From: a virus
Length of the DNA: 64,000 nt
Reading direction: 5' to 3' (one strand)
UHGV virus genome: UHGV-1962423
The translations under genes were made by a program, and so were the position numbers. The notes under the pieces were generated by a model. The model did not search any database and was not told the DNA's origin. It saw only the letters and a list, made by a program, of their open reading frames with translations. Of the stretch, positions 18,729 through 29,132 are shown in pieces (positions within the stretch are counted from its first letter, which is position 1; each line of letters starts with the position of its first letter).

Positions 18729-21446
18729 TTAGAGAGTTTCATCGCTGTTGTCATCTGCACCGGTATCCGTCTCGTCCGTGCCTTCAGTTGAAACGTCTTC
18801 TTCCGTTGCCGTATCGGTTTCCGTCGTTTCATCGTCAGTCATGTCCAAGTCTTCATCACCGCCCAGATCGTCACCACCTAAGTCCTCATCGCCTCCTAAG
18901 CCGCCGTCATCTTCAGTGCCGCCGCCAAAGTCGCTGCTACCGCCGAAGTTATTGGCGTCTTCAGGATTCAGATCAGCCGCTTTTGCTAACGTTTCAACTT
19001 TCCCTGTTACACGTTTTGCCAACTGAATCAGTGTCTTAGATGCAGACGCAATTTCGTCAGAGATCATCTTAACGTTTTCACCGCGTTTCTCTTCATCGTA
19101 AATCAGGTCGAACATATCGTTCTCAATACCCTGACTACGTAACCAGTGGCGCGCGTAGAAGGTCTTAACCATCGTCTTGAGGTCATCAGGTGACATTTCA
19201 ATACCTTCGTTCTGAAGCATATTAGCAATGTCATCCGTGACCACCAGATCTGCAAGTTTCTCGATAAATTCATAGCGTTTATCGAAGAGATCAGCTTGAG
19301 ATGCTGTTGCAGAAGTATCAGGTGGTGGCAAGGTGACCTTCATACCGTTGATAAACTTCGCCATATACTCTGACGTTTGTTTTGTCATCTCTTCGCTAGA
19401 TACATTCGGATTCTGCTCACGGATATACTCAACGATAATACGGATGAGTTCTGCTTGCAGTTTCGGTGAAGCTTGCAGACTGTTTGTAACGTAGCGCGTA
19501 AGCGGGGTTGAGAGGATTTCCTGTTTCTTCACAATCTGTTGAGTAACCAACAGCGATTTAGAATAAATCTGAGAAGCAAACTCCAGGTTCTCCGGGGTAA
19601 GTACAAGGTCAGGATCAACACACGCGATGTGACATGTACGGCGTAACAGGTTCTCGTCAATTTGTTGATCAGGAACTTTATACTCCGGCGTGGTATCAGA
19701 CACAGACACTTTGTGGCTGGCGTAGTAATCGTTACCCGTTACGTTAAAGGCAATCCCCGCGTTAGCTCCCATTGCCCAAGCATCGTTAATATCCCCCCAC
19801 ATCGGTAAACGACGGTTGTAGGAGTTAAGGATATCTGATTTGGCTTGGTCGACAGTTTTTTGACCGTTTGCATCGTCCGGTGACAGCTCAATGTCGTACT
19901 GCATGTGACGTGCCGAGTTTAGTACAGATGAGTTCATTGTCGCAAACAGCAGTGCCATCCTGACGGTGGAGATGATAAAAGAGCGTTCAGTGATAGAAAC
20001 CCCGATACCATCTTCGTTAAAATCCGTTGCAAAATAGCATAGGTTATTAACCGGAATGTAAACCACTTGAGTATGACGTTTTGCGAGATGACGCGCTAAC
20101 AGAATACGGCCGAATGTTTCGGTAATATTCATGCTGATTTCTGCGCCACCTAGTGCCTGACTTAATGCGCGAGCAAATTCGTTTTCAGCGATTTCACCGC
20201 AACGTGTACTTAAACGGTTGGCGATTTCCGGGGTAATGCGAGAAGTGTTCCCTAAGCCCAGATTAGAACGGTTAATGATGCTGTCCGTCATCCCGTCGTT
20301 ATTCAGGTAGTTCATAAAGTTCGCATCGCCGTACAGCGAGGAGCGAGCATTGATGAAGTTACCCATGTCATCTACGATGGTCAGATAACCAATAGGGTTA
20401 CGAACGTCATCGCCAATTACCAGTGGCAGCGTTGACTCTGCGGGCAGTAAACGTTCGATGTATTCGATTTTGTTATTCTCATCCATTGAGATAATAGGAA
20501 TATCACCGTACGTTTGTGTTTTCGGTGTTGACTTATACGCCTCGTTTAAATCACCCAAGTTAATGAACCCTTTTTCAGCAGCGTCACGCTGACGGTCATC
20601 GAAAGATTGGTTAGGGTCGAACGGACTGCCACCGTTTGGTGTAGACGGCTTTTCATATGCGGCTTGCTCTAATTGCCCGTACAAACCCGTACGTGCGTTC
20701 TCATGCGCGATACGACGATACAAATCCGGCAGCATGGTAATGCGCGGGTTATCGGTAATCGTGATTTCCATCTGGAATTTATCCGAGAACATCGAATCGT
20801 GCTTACCGAAATCGATTTTCAACGTCTGAGGACCAGTAACGGCTCCGTGTAAACGGTTGAGAATTGATTCCACACCAACTCGCTGCCCTTCTTTCGGCGC
20901 ATTAATAGGCCCGAGAATACCAAGCTGTTGTTCGAAGAACGCCGTTTGGGAACGACGAATAGATTCAGTAGCGACCTTTGTATTCAGACCGAATAATTGG
21001 TCGAAGCCGGTATCCGAGATTATCATCACTGGACTTGCGCCTTTGGTTTTTAACGCATCGTAAATCCACTGATATAATTTCTTAGGTAGCTGACGAATGT
21101 TATCGTGATAATCACGGGTCGGTGTCAGTAGCGCGTTACGCAGATCAATGGGGATGTCCGCGAAGTTGTCGTAAATCAACGTCGTGTTGATTAAGTCTTT
21201 TGTTGATAACAGGCTCGAAGTTGCAATAGTAACGATTGTTTCGAGTTCAGGTAACGCATCAAAGATACGTTCCGCATTTTTGATAGTACGAATACGTGAA
21301 CTCGCAATTGCCGTGAGTTCTTGACGTGTTGGCGTAGAACCACCCTCGCTACGCGTACCGCGTTGTTGCTGAGGTGCTGGGCCCGTAGTTTTACGAAGAA
21401 TTGCAGCTACGGCGGGGTCGCCCGTTAATTTACTAATATCGTCCAT
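18729..21446 (-). CDS. large hypothetical protein with Gly/Asp-rich acidic C-terminal tail, possibly virion-associated (905 aa)
   Basis: Long minus-strand ORF; GGAG RBS on minus strand; C-terminal ~75 residues are GGDEDLGGDDLGGDEDL...TDETDT low complexity. Portal or structural role is speculation. Confidence 0.8.
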   Translation of the reverse strand: MDDISKLTGDPAVAAILRKTTGPAPQQQRGTRSEGGSTPTRQELTAIASSRIRTIKNAERIFDALPELETIVTIATSSLLSTKDLINTTLIYDNFADIPIDLRNALLTPTRDYHDNIRQLPKKLYQWIYDALKTKGASPVMIISDTGFDQLFGLNTKVATESIRRSQTAFFEQQLGILGPINAPKEGQRVGVESILNRLHGAVTGPQTLKIDFGKHDSMFSDKFQMEITITDNPRITMLPDLYRRIAHENARTGLYGQLEQAAYEKPSTPNGGSPFDPNQSFDDRQRDAAEKGFINLGDLNEAYKSTPKTQTYGDIPIISMDENNKIEYIERLLPAESTLPLVIGDDVRNPIGYLTIVDDMGNFINARSSLYGDANFMNYLNNDGMTDSIINRSNLGLGNTSRITPEIANRLSTRCGEIAENEFARALSQALGGAEISMNITETFGRILLARHLAKRHTQVVYIPVNNLCYFATDFNEDGIGVSITERSFIISTVRMALLFATMNSSVLNSARHMQYDIELSPDDANGQKTVDQAKSDILNSYNRRLPMWGDINDAWAMGANAGIAFNVTGNDYYASHKVSVSDTTPEYKVPDQQIDENLLRRTCHIACVDPDLVLTPENLEFASQIYSKSLLVTQQIVKKQEILSTPLTRYVTNSLQASPKLQAELIRIIVEYIREQNPNVSSEEMTKQTSEYMAKFINGMKVTLPPPDTSATASQADLFDKRYEFIEKLADLVVTDDIANMLQNEGIEMSPDDLKTMVKTFYARHWLRSQGIENDMFDLIYDEEKRGENVKMISDEIASASKTLIQLAKRVTGKVETLAKAADLNPEDANNFGGSSDFGGGTEDDGGLGGDEDLGGDDLGGDEDLDMTDDETTETDTATEEDVSTEGTDETDTGADDNSDETL

Positions 21447-21457
21447 TGGGGTCTCCG

Positions 21458-23641
21458 ATGCAGAGATTTAACATATTTCGTGAACAGAACATCGCGTTGG
21501 CGAAATCACTGATTATTAAATCAGAATCAATCGCACAACAGATGAATCTGGCAATAACCGAGAACGGCGGTTTCGTTTCCGATAACCGAAGTACGTGGCG
21601 ATACTACCTGCATTTAGCAGGACAACGTCACGAATGGGATAAGCCCATTTACATAACGTCGCTCGACACGCAAGAGCAGATAGAATTAACGACAGCCAAC
21701 CTGTCCCGTCATAAAAAGACCTCAAACGTATTTCGTTCGAACGGTGAGTACATTGAGGAGCTGATCAGAACGTATCCTGACTACGCGATTTATATCCGAG
21801 GTGTGTTTAATCCGGTGGATATAAACTACGCCATCCGTGTGGCTGATTGTTCTATTCTCTATTACGACAGTTCATTAGTGGAGTCGCAAGAGACGTCACT
21901 GATGTCGAGATTGGAAGACAGAATAAGGGCAGCTCACGTTCGCTATATGTCAGAAGGGTGGAAAGTTCACAACGATGCGTTCGTGTTAGCATTCTACTGT
22001 ATTCTGTATCCGCAGCTACCCGGCATTATCGGCTATATCCGTTCTTCTTTACAGCATACCACGGAAACACACTCGTTTTACGTGACAGAGTTCTTAGCAT
22101 CACACCAAGAACTTCACGAGTTTATGCCGTATCTGACCCAGAAACAGAAATTCATTCTTTATCGGAACATTCGTTACTGGGAACGTAACTCGGGGAAAGA
22201 GGAGATTTTCGACTGGCAGATTGATGCATTGCTGACAGGTTGGGGGATGCCTGCGGTTGGGTATAATGTTGCACAACAGATACACGAACCGAAGGATGAT
22301 GATGACTCCACGTTAACACCGTTACCGATCGGTTATCAGCAATCGCTTAACTATACGGAAAAGGATTCTGGTCGAGACCTTGACATTGTAACGACGACAG
22401 ACATTATCCAGAAGGAAGTCGCGTTAGCGTACAATAACCCGGCGTACGAACCGGAGTATCAGGAAGACTTAGATACCCGTTTAAGTTTAACGCAATACCC
22501 TAACCTGAAAACCAAACTCATTGAAGTTACAGCAGTCGACCCAGAAGCGATTGAGCGCTTCGAGTATCTGCATAACCTCTTTAACGAATGGGTACATCTC
22601 GTCGCGAAAGGGAAATACAACATTTACCACGAGATTCTTAACCCAACAAACGGGGATACCTTAAAGCTTAGCTCAAAAGAGTTATTGGCGCTGTTCTTAT
22701 ACGCGGCGTATAAAGGGTATTCTGACGTTGCGTTAGAAGAGATTCCTGCGTTCAACGTATTCGGGGTGTTAATCAAACGTTGGGTTTCGTTCGACGAAAT
22801 GGAACAACATTTAATCCCGAGCTGGGAAAACCGTTTCGAAGCGTTGATTAACTATTATACCGATACACACACAGAAGTCGTCGGAACGATTCTTAGTGCT
22901 GATGAACTCTACGACACGGTTAATGAAATCATTACCCAGAAACGTCGTCGTTGGCGTTATAGTCAAAACCGTCGGAAGATTCCTGACCGTGCTGCGGGCT
23001 TGATGCTGTTTAACTACCATTACCGTGATTATCGCTGCGATTTAAAACTGAACTACCGTAACTACGATGAGTTCTTTAAAACGTTCGGGTTAGATTATAC
23101 ATTGGTTTCGGCGGAGACGTGGCAAGACATTGCTATTGATGCGTTTAACACCGCGACTAACCTGGAAACCCGTGCAACGATTTCACAGTCTGAGATTCAG
23201 CGTGCAATGGTACGATTGATGACGAAGTTGTCATCCTACACCGTACATTTTGCTGCGCGAATGGGGTCAGATTCTTACGACGTTATGGACCCGCTCTGTC
23301 CCATCTTAGGGGATATCCCTATGAGTGGGGAGGGGACAATTACAATTATTGAACCCCTCTTAGGCGTACAGCAAGTTACGCGTCACCAGTATATATCCAC
23401 CGACACTGTGTTACCGGCAGCGCCTGTTATTAAAGAACTGTCGATGCCGCAGCACATCAAACTCAGGATGAACATTTACATGGGCATCCGAGTGAAAGTA
23501 ACACAGCAGGTTGTGGTGGATATTAACGAGCCGACTACCGGGGTTGTTAAAGTGAAATCTTCGCTTGACGATTGGACGTTAAACGAACAGGTGAAAATTA
23601 ACGATCTTGACGGCTTCACGCTTGACCAGCTACCTAAGTGA
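21458..23641 (+). CDS. hypothetical protein (727 aa)
   Basis: Track start TTG 21446; first ATG at 21458, 12 bp from the divergent minus-strand start. No Walker A motif seen. Confidence 0.75.
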   Translation: MQRFNIFREQNIALAKSLIIKSESIAQQMNLAITENGGFVSDNRSTWRYYLHLAGQRHEWDKPIYITSLDTQEQIELTTANLSRHKKTSNVFRSNGEYIEELIRTYPDYAIYIRGVFNPVDINYAIRVADCSILYYDSSLVESQETSLMSRLEDRIRAAHVRYMSEGWKVHNDAFVLAFYCILYPQLPGIIGYIRSSLQHTTETHSFYVTEFLASHQELHEFMPYLTQKQKFILYRNIRYWERNSGKEEIFDWQIDALLTGWGMPAVGYNVAQQIHEPKDDDDSTLTPLPIGYQQSLNYTEKDSGRDLDIVTTTDIIQKEVALAYNNPAYEPEYQEDLDTRLSLTQYPNLKTKLIEVTAVDPEAIERFEYLHNLFNEWVHLVAKGKYNIYHEILNPTNGDTLKLSSKELLALFLYAAYKGYSDVALEEIPAFNVFGVLIKRWVSFDEMEQHLIPSWENRFEALINYYTDTHTEVVGTILSADELYDTVNEIITQKRRRWRYSQNRRKIPDRAAGLMLFNYHYRDYRCDLKLNYRNYDEFFKTFGLDYTLVSAETWQDIAIDAFNTATNLETRATISQSEIQRAMVRLMTKLSSYTVHFAARMGSDSYDVMDPLCPILGDIPMSGEGTITIIEPLLGVQQVTRHQYISTDTVLPAAPVIKELSMPQHIKLRMNIYMGIRVKVTQQVVVDINEPTTGVVKVKSSLDDWTLNEQVKINDLDGFTLDQLPK

Positions 23642-23648
23642 GAAAACC

Positions 23649-24176
23649 ATGGCATATCGCGTCGACTTAACGAAAACTCCGAAACAAATTCTGGTAGATC
23701 GTATTAACTACGTTTTCGGGGTATCCTATACCACTGACAACATCGATTTTAACGATAAAGGTGTGCAACCACTGACGAAAGACGAAGCCCGTCGTTATGG
23801 ACTGGAATCGAAAGTGGCCGCTGACTTTAAAAACGGTGTTGCGGGGAACCAGGAATTCATCTTAACCCGTGTTGACCTGGCAGCGTTCTTAGCTGACGAA
23901 CCGGTTACGGTACCGAAAGGCGAAGTAACCAGCAGCCAAGAACTGGCAGACTATATCGTTGCTCAGACCGGTATTGATTTGACCAAAGACGACATTATGA
24001 TCGAGCCTATCAGTGAGGAACTCGATTCTTATGATGTTCGCTTAGTCCCGAATCACTTATCTTTTAAAGGAACGATTCCGGTCGTATTTACTGACCCCAC
24101 ACCACGTACGTTGGCGTCTCTCGTGACGAAACTTGCGCTGGACGGGTTCCGCCCTGGAGAATTAATCAATGTCTAA
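23649..24176 (+). CDS. hypothetical protein (175 aa)
   Basis: ATG 23649 follows upstream TGA; track ORF extends upstream into the previous gene. Confidence 0.65.
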   Translation: MAYRVDLTKTPKQILVDRINYVFGVSYTTDNIDFNDKGVQPLTKDEARRYGLESKVAADFKNGVAGNQEFILTRVDLAAFLADEPVTVPKGEVTSSQELADYIVAQTGIDLTKDDIMIEPISEELDSYDVRLVPNHLSFKGTIPVVFTDPTPRTLASLVTKLALDGFRPGELINV

Positions 24177-25056
24177 TGTCAAAGTTTACGACGGTAAACT
24201 CTCGACGGTAACACTTAATGCGATGCGTCTGGCTACCGCATTAATTACCGGTGCCGATGTGCAATACCCACAGAAGTCCACACTGAATGAGTTTTATAAG
24301 CTCATGCAAACCCCAGTGCCGGACGGTAAAGCACGTCCCCATTTGCAGTACATGGCGATTGGTAACCGTGGCCACATGGTCGACACATCAGATGTTGTTG
24401 CTGATGTTGTTCCTGTAGCTAAAGAACCTATCGCGTCCGGGATGTTTTCACGCGTTCCGTTTGTCCTGCGTACTAAAGACAACGATTTGTCTGATGAACA
24501 GCGTAAGAACTACGCTTTCCGTACTCTGGAAACCATCAACAAACGTGAGTATTGGGCGTACTATTTAAAACGCATTGACATGCGTGCAGTAAAAACTACC
24601 GACTACGACATTAAGCGTGAGAACGGTGTTGAAACTGTAGAAGACTTTGTTTATACGGACACTGAACTGAACCCAGTACCGAAAGTGTTGCCGGATTACG
24701 ATTACGATGATGACGGTACTGTTGCAATTCCAGATGGCCGTTATGTGGAATCAGGTGCAGACCTGGTTATCCCGTGGACGGACTTTGATGTTCAGGAGTA
24801 CATGAACGTGACCAGCATTATGCGCGGCAGCCCTCGTAGTTCGATTATCTCTGAACTGGCACTGTGCTCCGGTTTAGACCAGGTAACGTCTGGTGACTCT
24901 GCGACTGGTTCGAAGTTCAGTTACACTGAAGCTATTGGTGTACAAGCCCTGTATTACATTTCGATGTTTACTAACCTGGCGCAGACGAACGATAAATTGT
25001 CACTGACAATCCGTATCGGTCAACCTGCGCCGTTCTTCTTAGGGACAGCGAATTAA
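24169..25056 (+). CDS. hypothetical protein (295 aa)
   Basis: Start overlaps upstream stop (coupling). Confidence 0.75.
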   Translation: MSNVKVYDGKLSTVTLNAMRLATALITGADVQYPQKSTLNEFYKLMQTPVPDGKARPHLQYMAIGNRGHMVDTSDVVADVVPVAKEPIASGMFSRVPFVLRTKDNDLSDEQRKNYAFRTLETINKREYWAYYLKRIDMRAVKTTDYDIKRENGVETVEDFVYTDTELNPVPKVLPDYDYDDDGTVAIPDGRYVESGADLVIPWTDFDVQEYMNVTSIMRGSPRSSIISELALCSGLDQVTSGDSATGSKFSYTEAIGVQALYYISMFTNLAQTNDKLSLTIRIGQPAPFFLGTAN

Positions 25057-25700
25057 TGTTGATTCCTGAGCCGAGACTTCCCGATAAGATGGTCAGGATC
25101 GCGGCGATAGACCCCGGTACGAGCCATCTCGGGATGGCGGTGTTGGATTGGGAATATGGCAGCGACCAAGCCGAAGTGGTGTGGGCTGATACTATGCATG
25201 TATTAGACCCAACACATCCAAGTGCGTTTGCAGAATGTGTTGGTAAACGCGACGATCGCTTAGTAAAACTCGAAGCGTGCTACCGTGAGTTTCTTCGGAT
25301 TGCGCGTCCGACGTTCGTTGCAACAGAAACGCCGTTCATGCGGCGGGCAAAACTCTCCGCGTATGAATCTGGCGTAGAGTTACAGCTGATGCTGAGACGG
25401 GCGTTATGGGACGTGTTTCCAGAGAAGGTGCTACACGGGTTCAATCCGATTATTGTAAAATCATTCGTCGGTGTGGAAGCGAAAGGAACGGACAAAACAG
25501 ATATGTTTCGTGCCGTAACGAAGTTGTATCGCGACCACGCGTTGATTGACATTACGACTTTGGACGAGCACAGTATCGATGCCGTGGCGGTGGGGAATAT
25601 CTTTGTCAGGGTAAACCTGTTAAACTTGAATAGTCTCCTACCGCCAAAACAAAAGTCTATTAAGACAGCAAAACGGCGGAGAAGACGTCGGAGGAAATAG
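25056..25700 (+). CDS. ruvC: RuvC-like Holliday junction resolvase
   Basis: MVRIAAIDPGTSHLGMAV matches the RuvC N-terminal catalytic Asp motif; basic C-terminal KRRRRRRRK tail; TAATG coupling. Ends with TAG. Confidence 0.65.
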   Translation: MLIPEPRLPDKMVRIAAIDPGTSHLGMAVLDWEYGSDQAEVVWADTMHVLDPTHPSAFAECVGKRDDRLVKLEACYREFLRIARPTFVATETPFMRRAKLSAYESGVELQLMLRRALWDVFPEKVLHGFNPIIVKSFVGVEAKGTDKTDMFRAVTKLYRDHALIDITTLDEHSIDAVAVGNIFVRVNLLNLNSLLPPKQKSIKTAKRRRRRRRK

Positions 25701-25702
25701 CG

Positions 25703-26281
25703 ATGTCGCAACCAACACAAGACGTGTCGGCCGCAATTCTTGACATTCTTATCCAAGCGGGGAACAGAAAGTTAAGTAAAGAGCAGTCCGAAGAACTGTC
25801 TAAGATTCTCAAAGACAACTTCGGTGACGAAATCTCTGTAGACGTAACACGGTCGGGTACAAAGATTCTGTCGGAGTTACGTCCAACGCTTCTTGAGAAC
25901 CTCGGAAAGATGGCGGAAAACTTTCAGCAGCAAGCCACAAACGCTGTAGAGAGTTTAGGTGACGAAGTAAGCAAAGAAACGATGTTGACACTGTGGCCGA
26001 AACTTGCTGGCGCACAGAAGTTCATTATTGTTCTGCTTGCATTCGCCACTGTTGTCGTGACAGGCTTCTTAGCGTACGACACTCATCAGAACTTTCCAAA
26101 AGACAGCATGGAAGTGTTGTTTGTATCCTTACTTCCGCTGTTCGGATTGGTAGTGTTCTCAACGTGGCCAATTAAAACATTGGCTTACAAGTCGTTGGAG
26201 ATTGCTACCAAAGTCGTCGAGAAGAAACTTGAGAAATCAGGTCAGGTCATCGCGAAGCCAGAAACAAAGACAACGAAATAA
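25703..26281 (+). CDS. membrane protein with two predicted TM helices (192 aa)
   Basis: Hydrophobic stretches KFIIVLLAFATVVVTGFLAY and VLFVSLLPLFGLVVFSTW. Confidence 0.7.
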   Translation: MSQPTQDVSAAILDILIQAGNRKLSKEQSEELSKILKDNFGDEISVDVTRSGTKILSELRPTLLENLGKMAENFQQQATNAVESLGDEVSKETMLTLWPKLAGAQKFIIVLLAFATVVVTGFLAYDTHQNFPKDSMEVLFVSLLPLFGLVVFSTWPIKTLAYKSLEIATKVVEKKLEKSGQVIAKPETKTTK

Positions 26282-26284
26282 AAC

Positions 26285-26325
26285 CAACCTCTACCTTCGG
26301 GTAGAGGTTTTCTTCTTTTTATTTT
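26285..26325 (+). terminator. rho-independent terminator
   Basis: cctctacc-ttcg-ggtagagg followed by ttttcttctttttatttt. Confidence 0.75.
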
Positions 26326-26369
26326 ACAATTTTTGATCATACTGTGAGACTTCTAGCGAGGAGATTTAG

Positions 26370-27056
26370 ATGAAGGAATTGCAATTAAGAAAGCGTACTA
26401 CTCTTATCCCCCTTAAGGAACTAAAACAGTGTCCCGTTTTCTACTCACCGAAAGATCACCTAGATTTATCTAAAGAGAAAAAGATTATTATTTCTGCCTT
26501 CCGAGAAGTAATCAATCTTCGTTATTTCGCGGCACCAATGGATTGTGCTATCGAACATGCTATGTTGGATGGAAGAACGTCGCTTACAGTTTACGATTTG
26601 TTAGAAGAAAAGAATATCGGTATTGAAACTGGTATACTGAGAGTAAACAAAAATGAGTTATTAGAAAGTCAAAAACAACTAATGACAGGTGTTCAATTAC
26701 TCTTAGAGCAATATGGCTTCTATTCGGAAAAACCAACTTCTGCGGTATCTACACAACCCATCATCTGTGACCATGGGTTTGAGGTAGAATGGAAAACAAT
26801 TCGAGGGCAAGATTTTATTTTAATACATTGGTTCGTTCCCTATCTTTGGAAAGAGCGTACCACAGTTTATGCTTTACTTGAATTCGCTGTCTACTGGAGC
26901 ATTTATAAAAAAGAACGTGCTACTGCAATGAAAACGGTAATGACCACACCGTTAAATCAACTTTTTACCTCTGGGTTAGAAACAGATTTTAACGAACTAT
27001 GTACAACTATTTTCAAGATGGAGTATGGCTATGCACCAGTTGGATATAACCGCTGA
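26370..27056 (+). CDS. hypothetical protein (228 aa)
   Basis: GAGGAG RBS before ATG 26370. Confidence 0.75.
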   Translation: MKELQLRKRTTLIPLKELKQCPVFYSPKDHLDLSKEKKIIISAFREVINLRYFAAPMDCAIEHAMLDGRTSLTVYDLLEEKNIGIETGILRVNKNELLESQKQLMTGVQLLLEQYGFYSEKPTSAVSTQPIICDHGFEVEWKTIRGQDFILIHWFVPYLWKERTTVYALLEFAVYWSIYKKERATAMKTVMTTPLNQLFTSGLETDFNELCTTIFKMEYGYAPVGYNR

Positions 27057-27507
27057 TAAAATCTCCGCTAAATTTCCACAATTACGTGAATACATCAACG
27101 ACTTAAATTCAATTCGGGAAACACCGGTTAGAATTACGTTAGCAGTTGAAGATGATATTACTCACGGTATTGCGATCTGGGAGCCGGGGAATCTTATTTA
27201 TCTGGTGGTGGCGGAAGGTTCTCGACGTTTCGGTGTTGGTTCGTTTTTATTGCAATATGTTCAATTGAATTCCGATCGTCAAATGGTGACGTGCCGTGTC
27301 CACCCTTCGAACATTGACGGCCTGTGTTTCTTTTCGAAAAAGGGCTACCAGATTGACCGTTGGTATATCGCCAGCGACTCTCGTCGGTATTTTCGTATGA
27401 CGAACGGTAACGTTGTTTCGTCATACGCCCCGCCGGAAGAAGGATATTTGGTGGATTTTATCGAAAACACGCCCATCTTTCTCTCTGTTGCGGATAAAAT
27501 TTATTAA
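27025..27507 (+). CDS. GNAT-family acetyltransferase-like protein (160 aa)
   Basis: VVAEGSRRFGVGSFLL resembles the GNAT acetyl-CoA binding motif; start overlaps upstream gene. Confidence 0.45.
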   Translation: MAMHQLDITADKISAKFPQLREYINDLNSIRETPVRITLAVEDDITHGIAIWEPGNLIYLVVAEGSRRFGVGSFLLQYVQLNSDRQMVTCRVHPSNIDGLCFFSKKGYQIDRWYIASDSRRYFRMTNGNVVSSYAPPEEGYLVDFIENTPIFLSVADKIY

Positions 27508-27523
27508 CCGTTGAGAGTCTAAA

Positions 27524-28000
27524 ATGATACGTGTCGAATATGAGACGCGGTGCTTAGAAGACAATCGAGCAAAAGCATTACGTTGTGTTGAAATCGTCCC
27601 CGCACACGAACTGGATATTCAAGCTGGTAAGGTTCGGGGCGTTCCGGTTAAGATCGTACAACACAGCCATTGTTCGCAATATAAAGAGAAAGCTGTCCCA
27701 GTAGTACGTTCCAGTAAACGAGAAGACTTTTCAGAACTCCGTAAGTGTTTTCAACGACACTACCGCCGGAGTAAATGGAAGGTGTTGGTATTAATGTTAG
27801 TCGACGATTTCATTAAAGACCTGGTTTGGGAAGAAGTGCTTAAAGAGCGTGGTTTTCAACCCAAACCGTTCTCGTATCACTGGGAACGTTTCAAAAAGAA
27901 ATACCACGAGTCATTGCGTTGGTCTCCGAACACACGGAATATGATGCCACGTTTGGAATCAATGCCTTGGCTTCGTGTTTATCTCGATGAGGTAAACTGA
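27524..28000 (+). CDS. hypothetical basic protein (158 aa)
   Basis: ORF with ATGA coupling to the next gene. Confidence 0.65.
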   Translation: MIRVEYETRCLEDNRAKALRCVEIVPAHELDIQAGKVRGVPVKIVQHSHCSQYKEKAVPVVRSSKREDFSELRKCFQRHYRRSKWKVLVLMLVDDFIKDLVWEEVLKERGFQPKPFSYHWERFKKKYHESLRWSPNTRNMMPRLESMPWLRVYLDEVN

Positions 28001-28389
28001 TGAAACGTTTTATTACCCCCTTTCTAATGTTACTTTCGTTTTCTGTATTAGCGGATTTTAAACCTTGTGATATCAGTCGTTACGAACCCGCTGTTCCTGG
28101 TGATAAACCAGTCGTGTTTAAAGCAGGTGACCAACCCGTAACTGCGGTTCAAAACGAAGAGTTTGCAGTGGTGAACTACGGCAAAACGGAGTTATGCCCT
28201 GCGGGTGGATTTTATCTGGTGAACATCAAACGTCGGACTTACCAGTTTGTTGATCCGGGTAGCTGCTCTGCAACGGTTAAGGTAACGTTAGAAACCGTAC
28301 CTTACACGAATAAAAACATTAATATACAACGTTTAACCTTTTATGCGGGTGATGAAATCACAGCACGTTATCCGTTATACGGGTATTAG
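28000..28389 (+). CDS. secreted protein with N-terminal signal peptide (129 aa)
   Basis: MKRFITPFLMLLSFSVLA followed by DFKPCD. Ends with TAG. Confidence 0.7.
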   Translation: MKRFITPFLMLLSFSVLADFKPCDISRYEPAVPGDKPVVFKAGDQPVTAVQNEEFAVVNYGKTELCPAGGFYLVNIKRRTYQFVDPGSCSATVKVTLETVPYTNKNINIQRLTFYAGDEITARYPLYGY

Positions 28390-28412
28390 TGATTACCCCC
28401 CACGGAGTTCGT

Positions 28413-29051
28413 ATGTCTTTTGTAATTGATTTCGACGTTGGCCACAGACAGAACTTACTTAATCTCGTTAGTTATTGTAACAGCGACAGTGTACGGAAAA
28501 AGCTTTCGGCTGAAAAGGTGGATGTTACGCTCGTCGGTGCCCCAACACCGGAAGGGCGTTATAAGGTAAAGTTAACGAATCGTAATGATATTAACGATGC
28601 GGTAATGATTACCTACACAAAACTTCAACTGAACGACTTCCTTGAGATTCCTGCCAAGTATCTTGATTGGTTTGATTTCGAAAACGGACAACCTAAGAAC
28701 TACGATACGTGGGCAGCTTCCGCTAAAGTCGCCGTAGAGAAAATGTGCCAAGACCGAGGTATGGTGTTATCGCGAGCATGGGATACCGGTTCGCAATGCC
28801 ATATCGACTACGATGAATCAATCGAACGGTACGTGGTCATTTACGAGTGCGACTCTTTTATTTATAGTGCGAGAAACCGATTCATCTTACCTCTACACTT
28901 AGGGCAGGTGATTAAAGACACGACATTAGACGGTCTTGATTACAATAACGAACTGAACAAGAAACCTTTGGCGGATTTGGACGGCGAGTTAGAAGTGTGG
29001 ATGGGTCAGGCGCTGGTTGAGACAGTAGTCTTAAGCGGCCTGGAAGTGTAA
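28413..29051 (+). CDS. hypothetical protein (212 aa)
   Basis: Track start GTG 28389; ATG 28413 has GGAG 6 nt upstream. Confidence 0.7.
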   Translation: MSFVIDFDVGHRQNLLNLVSYCNSDSVRKKLSAEKVDVTLVGAPTPEGRYKVKLTNRNDINDAVMITYTKLQLNDFLEIPAKYLDWFDFENGQPKNYDTWAASAKVAVEKMCQDRGMVLSRAWDTGSQCHIDYDESIERYVVIYECDSFIYSARNRFILPLHLGQVIKDTTLDGLDYNNELNKKPLADLDGELEVWMGQALVETVVLSGLEV

Positions 29052-29063
29052 TAGTAACGGTGG

Positions 29064-29110
29064 GTAGAGAGAGCTTTCGGGCTCTCTCTACTTTTCTTTT
29101 TTTCATTATC
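29064..29110 (+). terminator. rho-independent terminator
   Basis: gtagagagagc-tttcg-ggctctctctac followed by ttttctttttttc. Confidence 0.8.
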
Positions 29111-29132
29111 GACGGTCTTTATGGAGGTGACT

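Noticed and set aside
18748-19026. 92-codon + strand Ser/Pro-rich ORF
   Set aside because: Antisense to the Gly/Asp-rich tail of the 905-aa minus-strand gene; low-complexity mirror image of that repeat.
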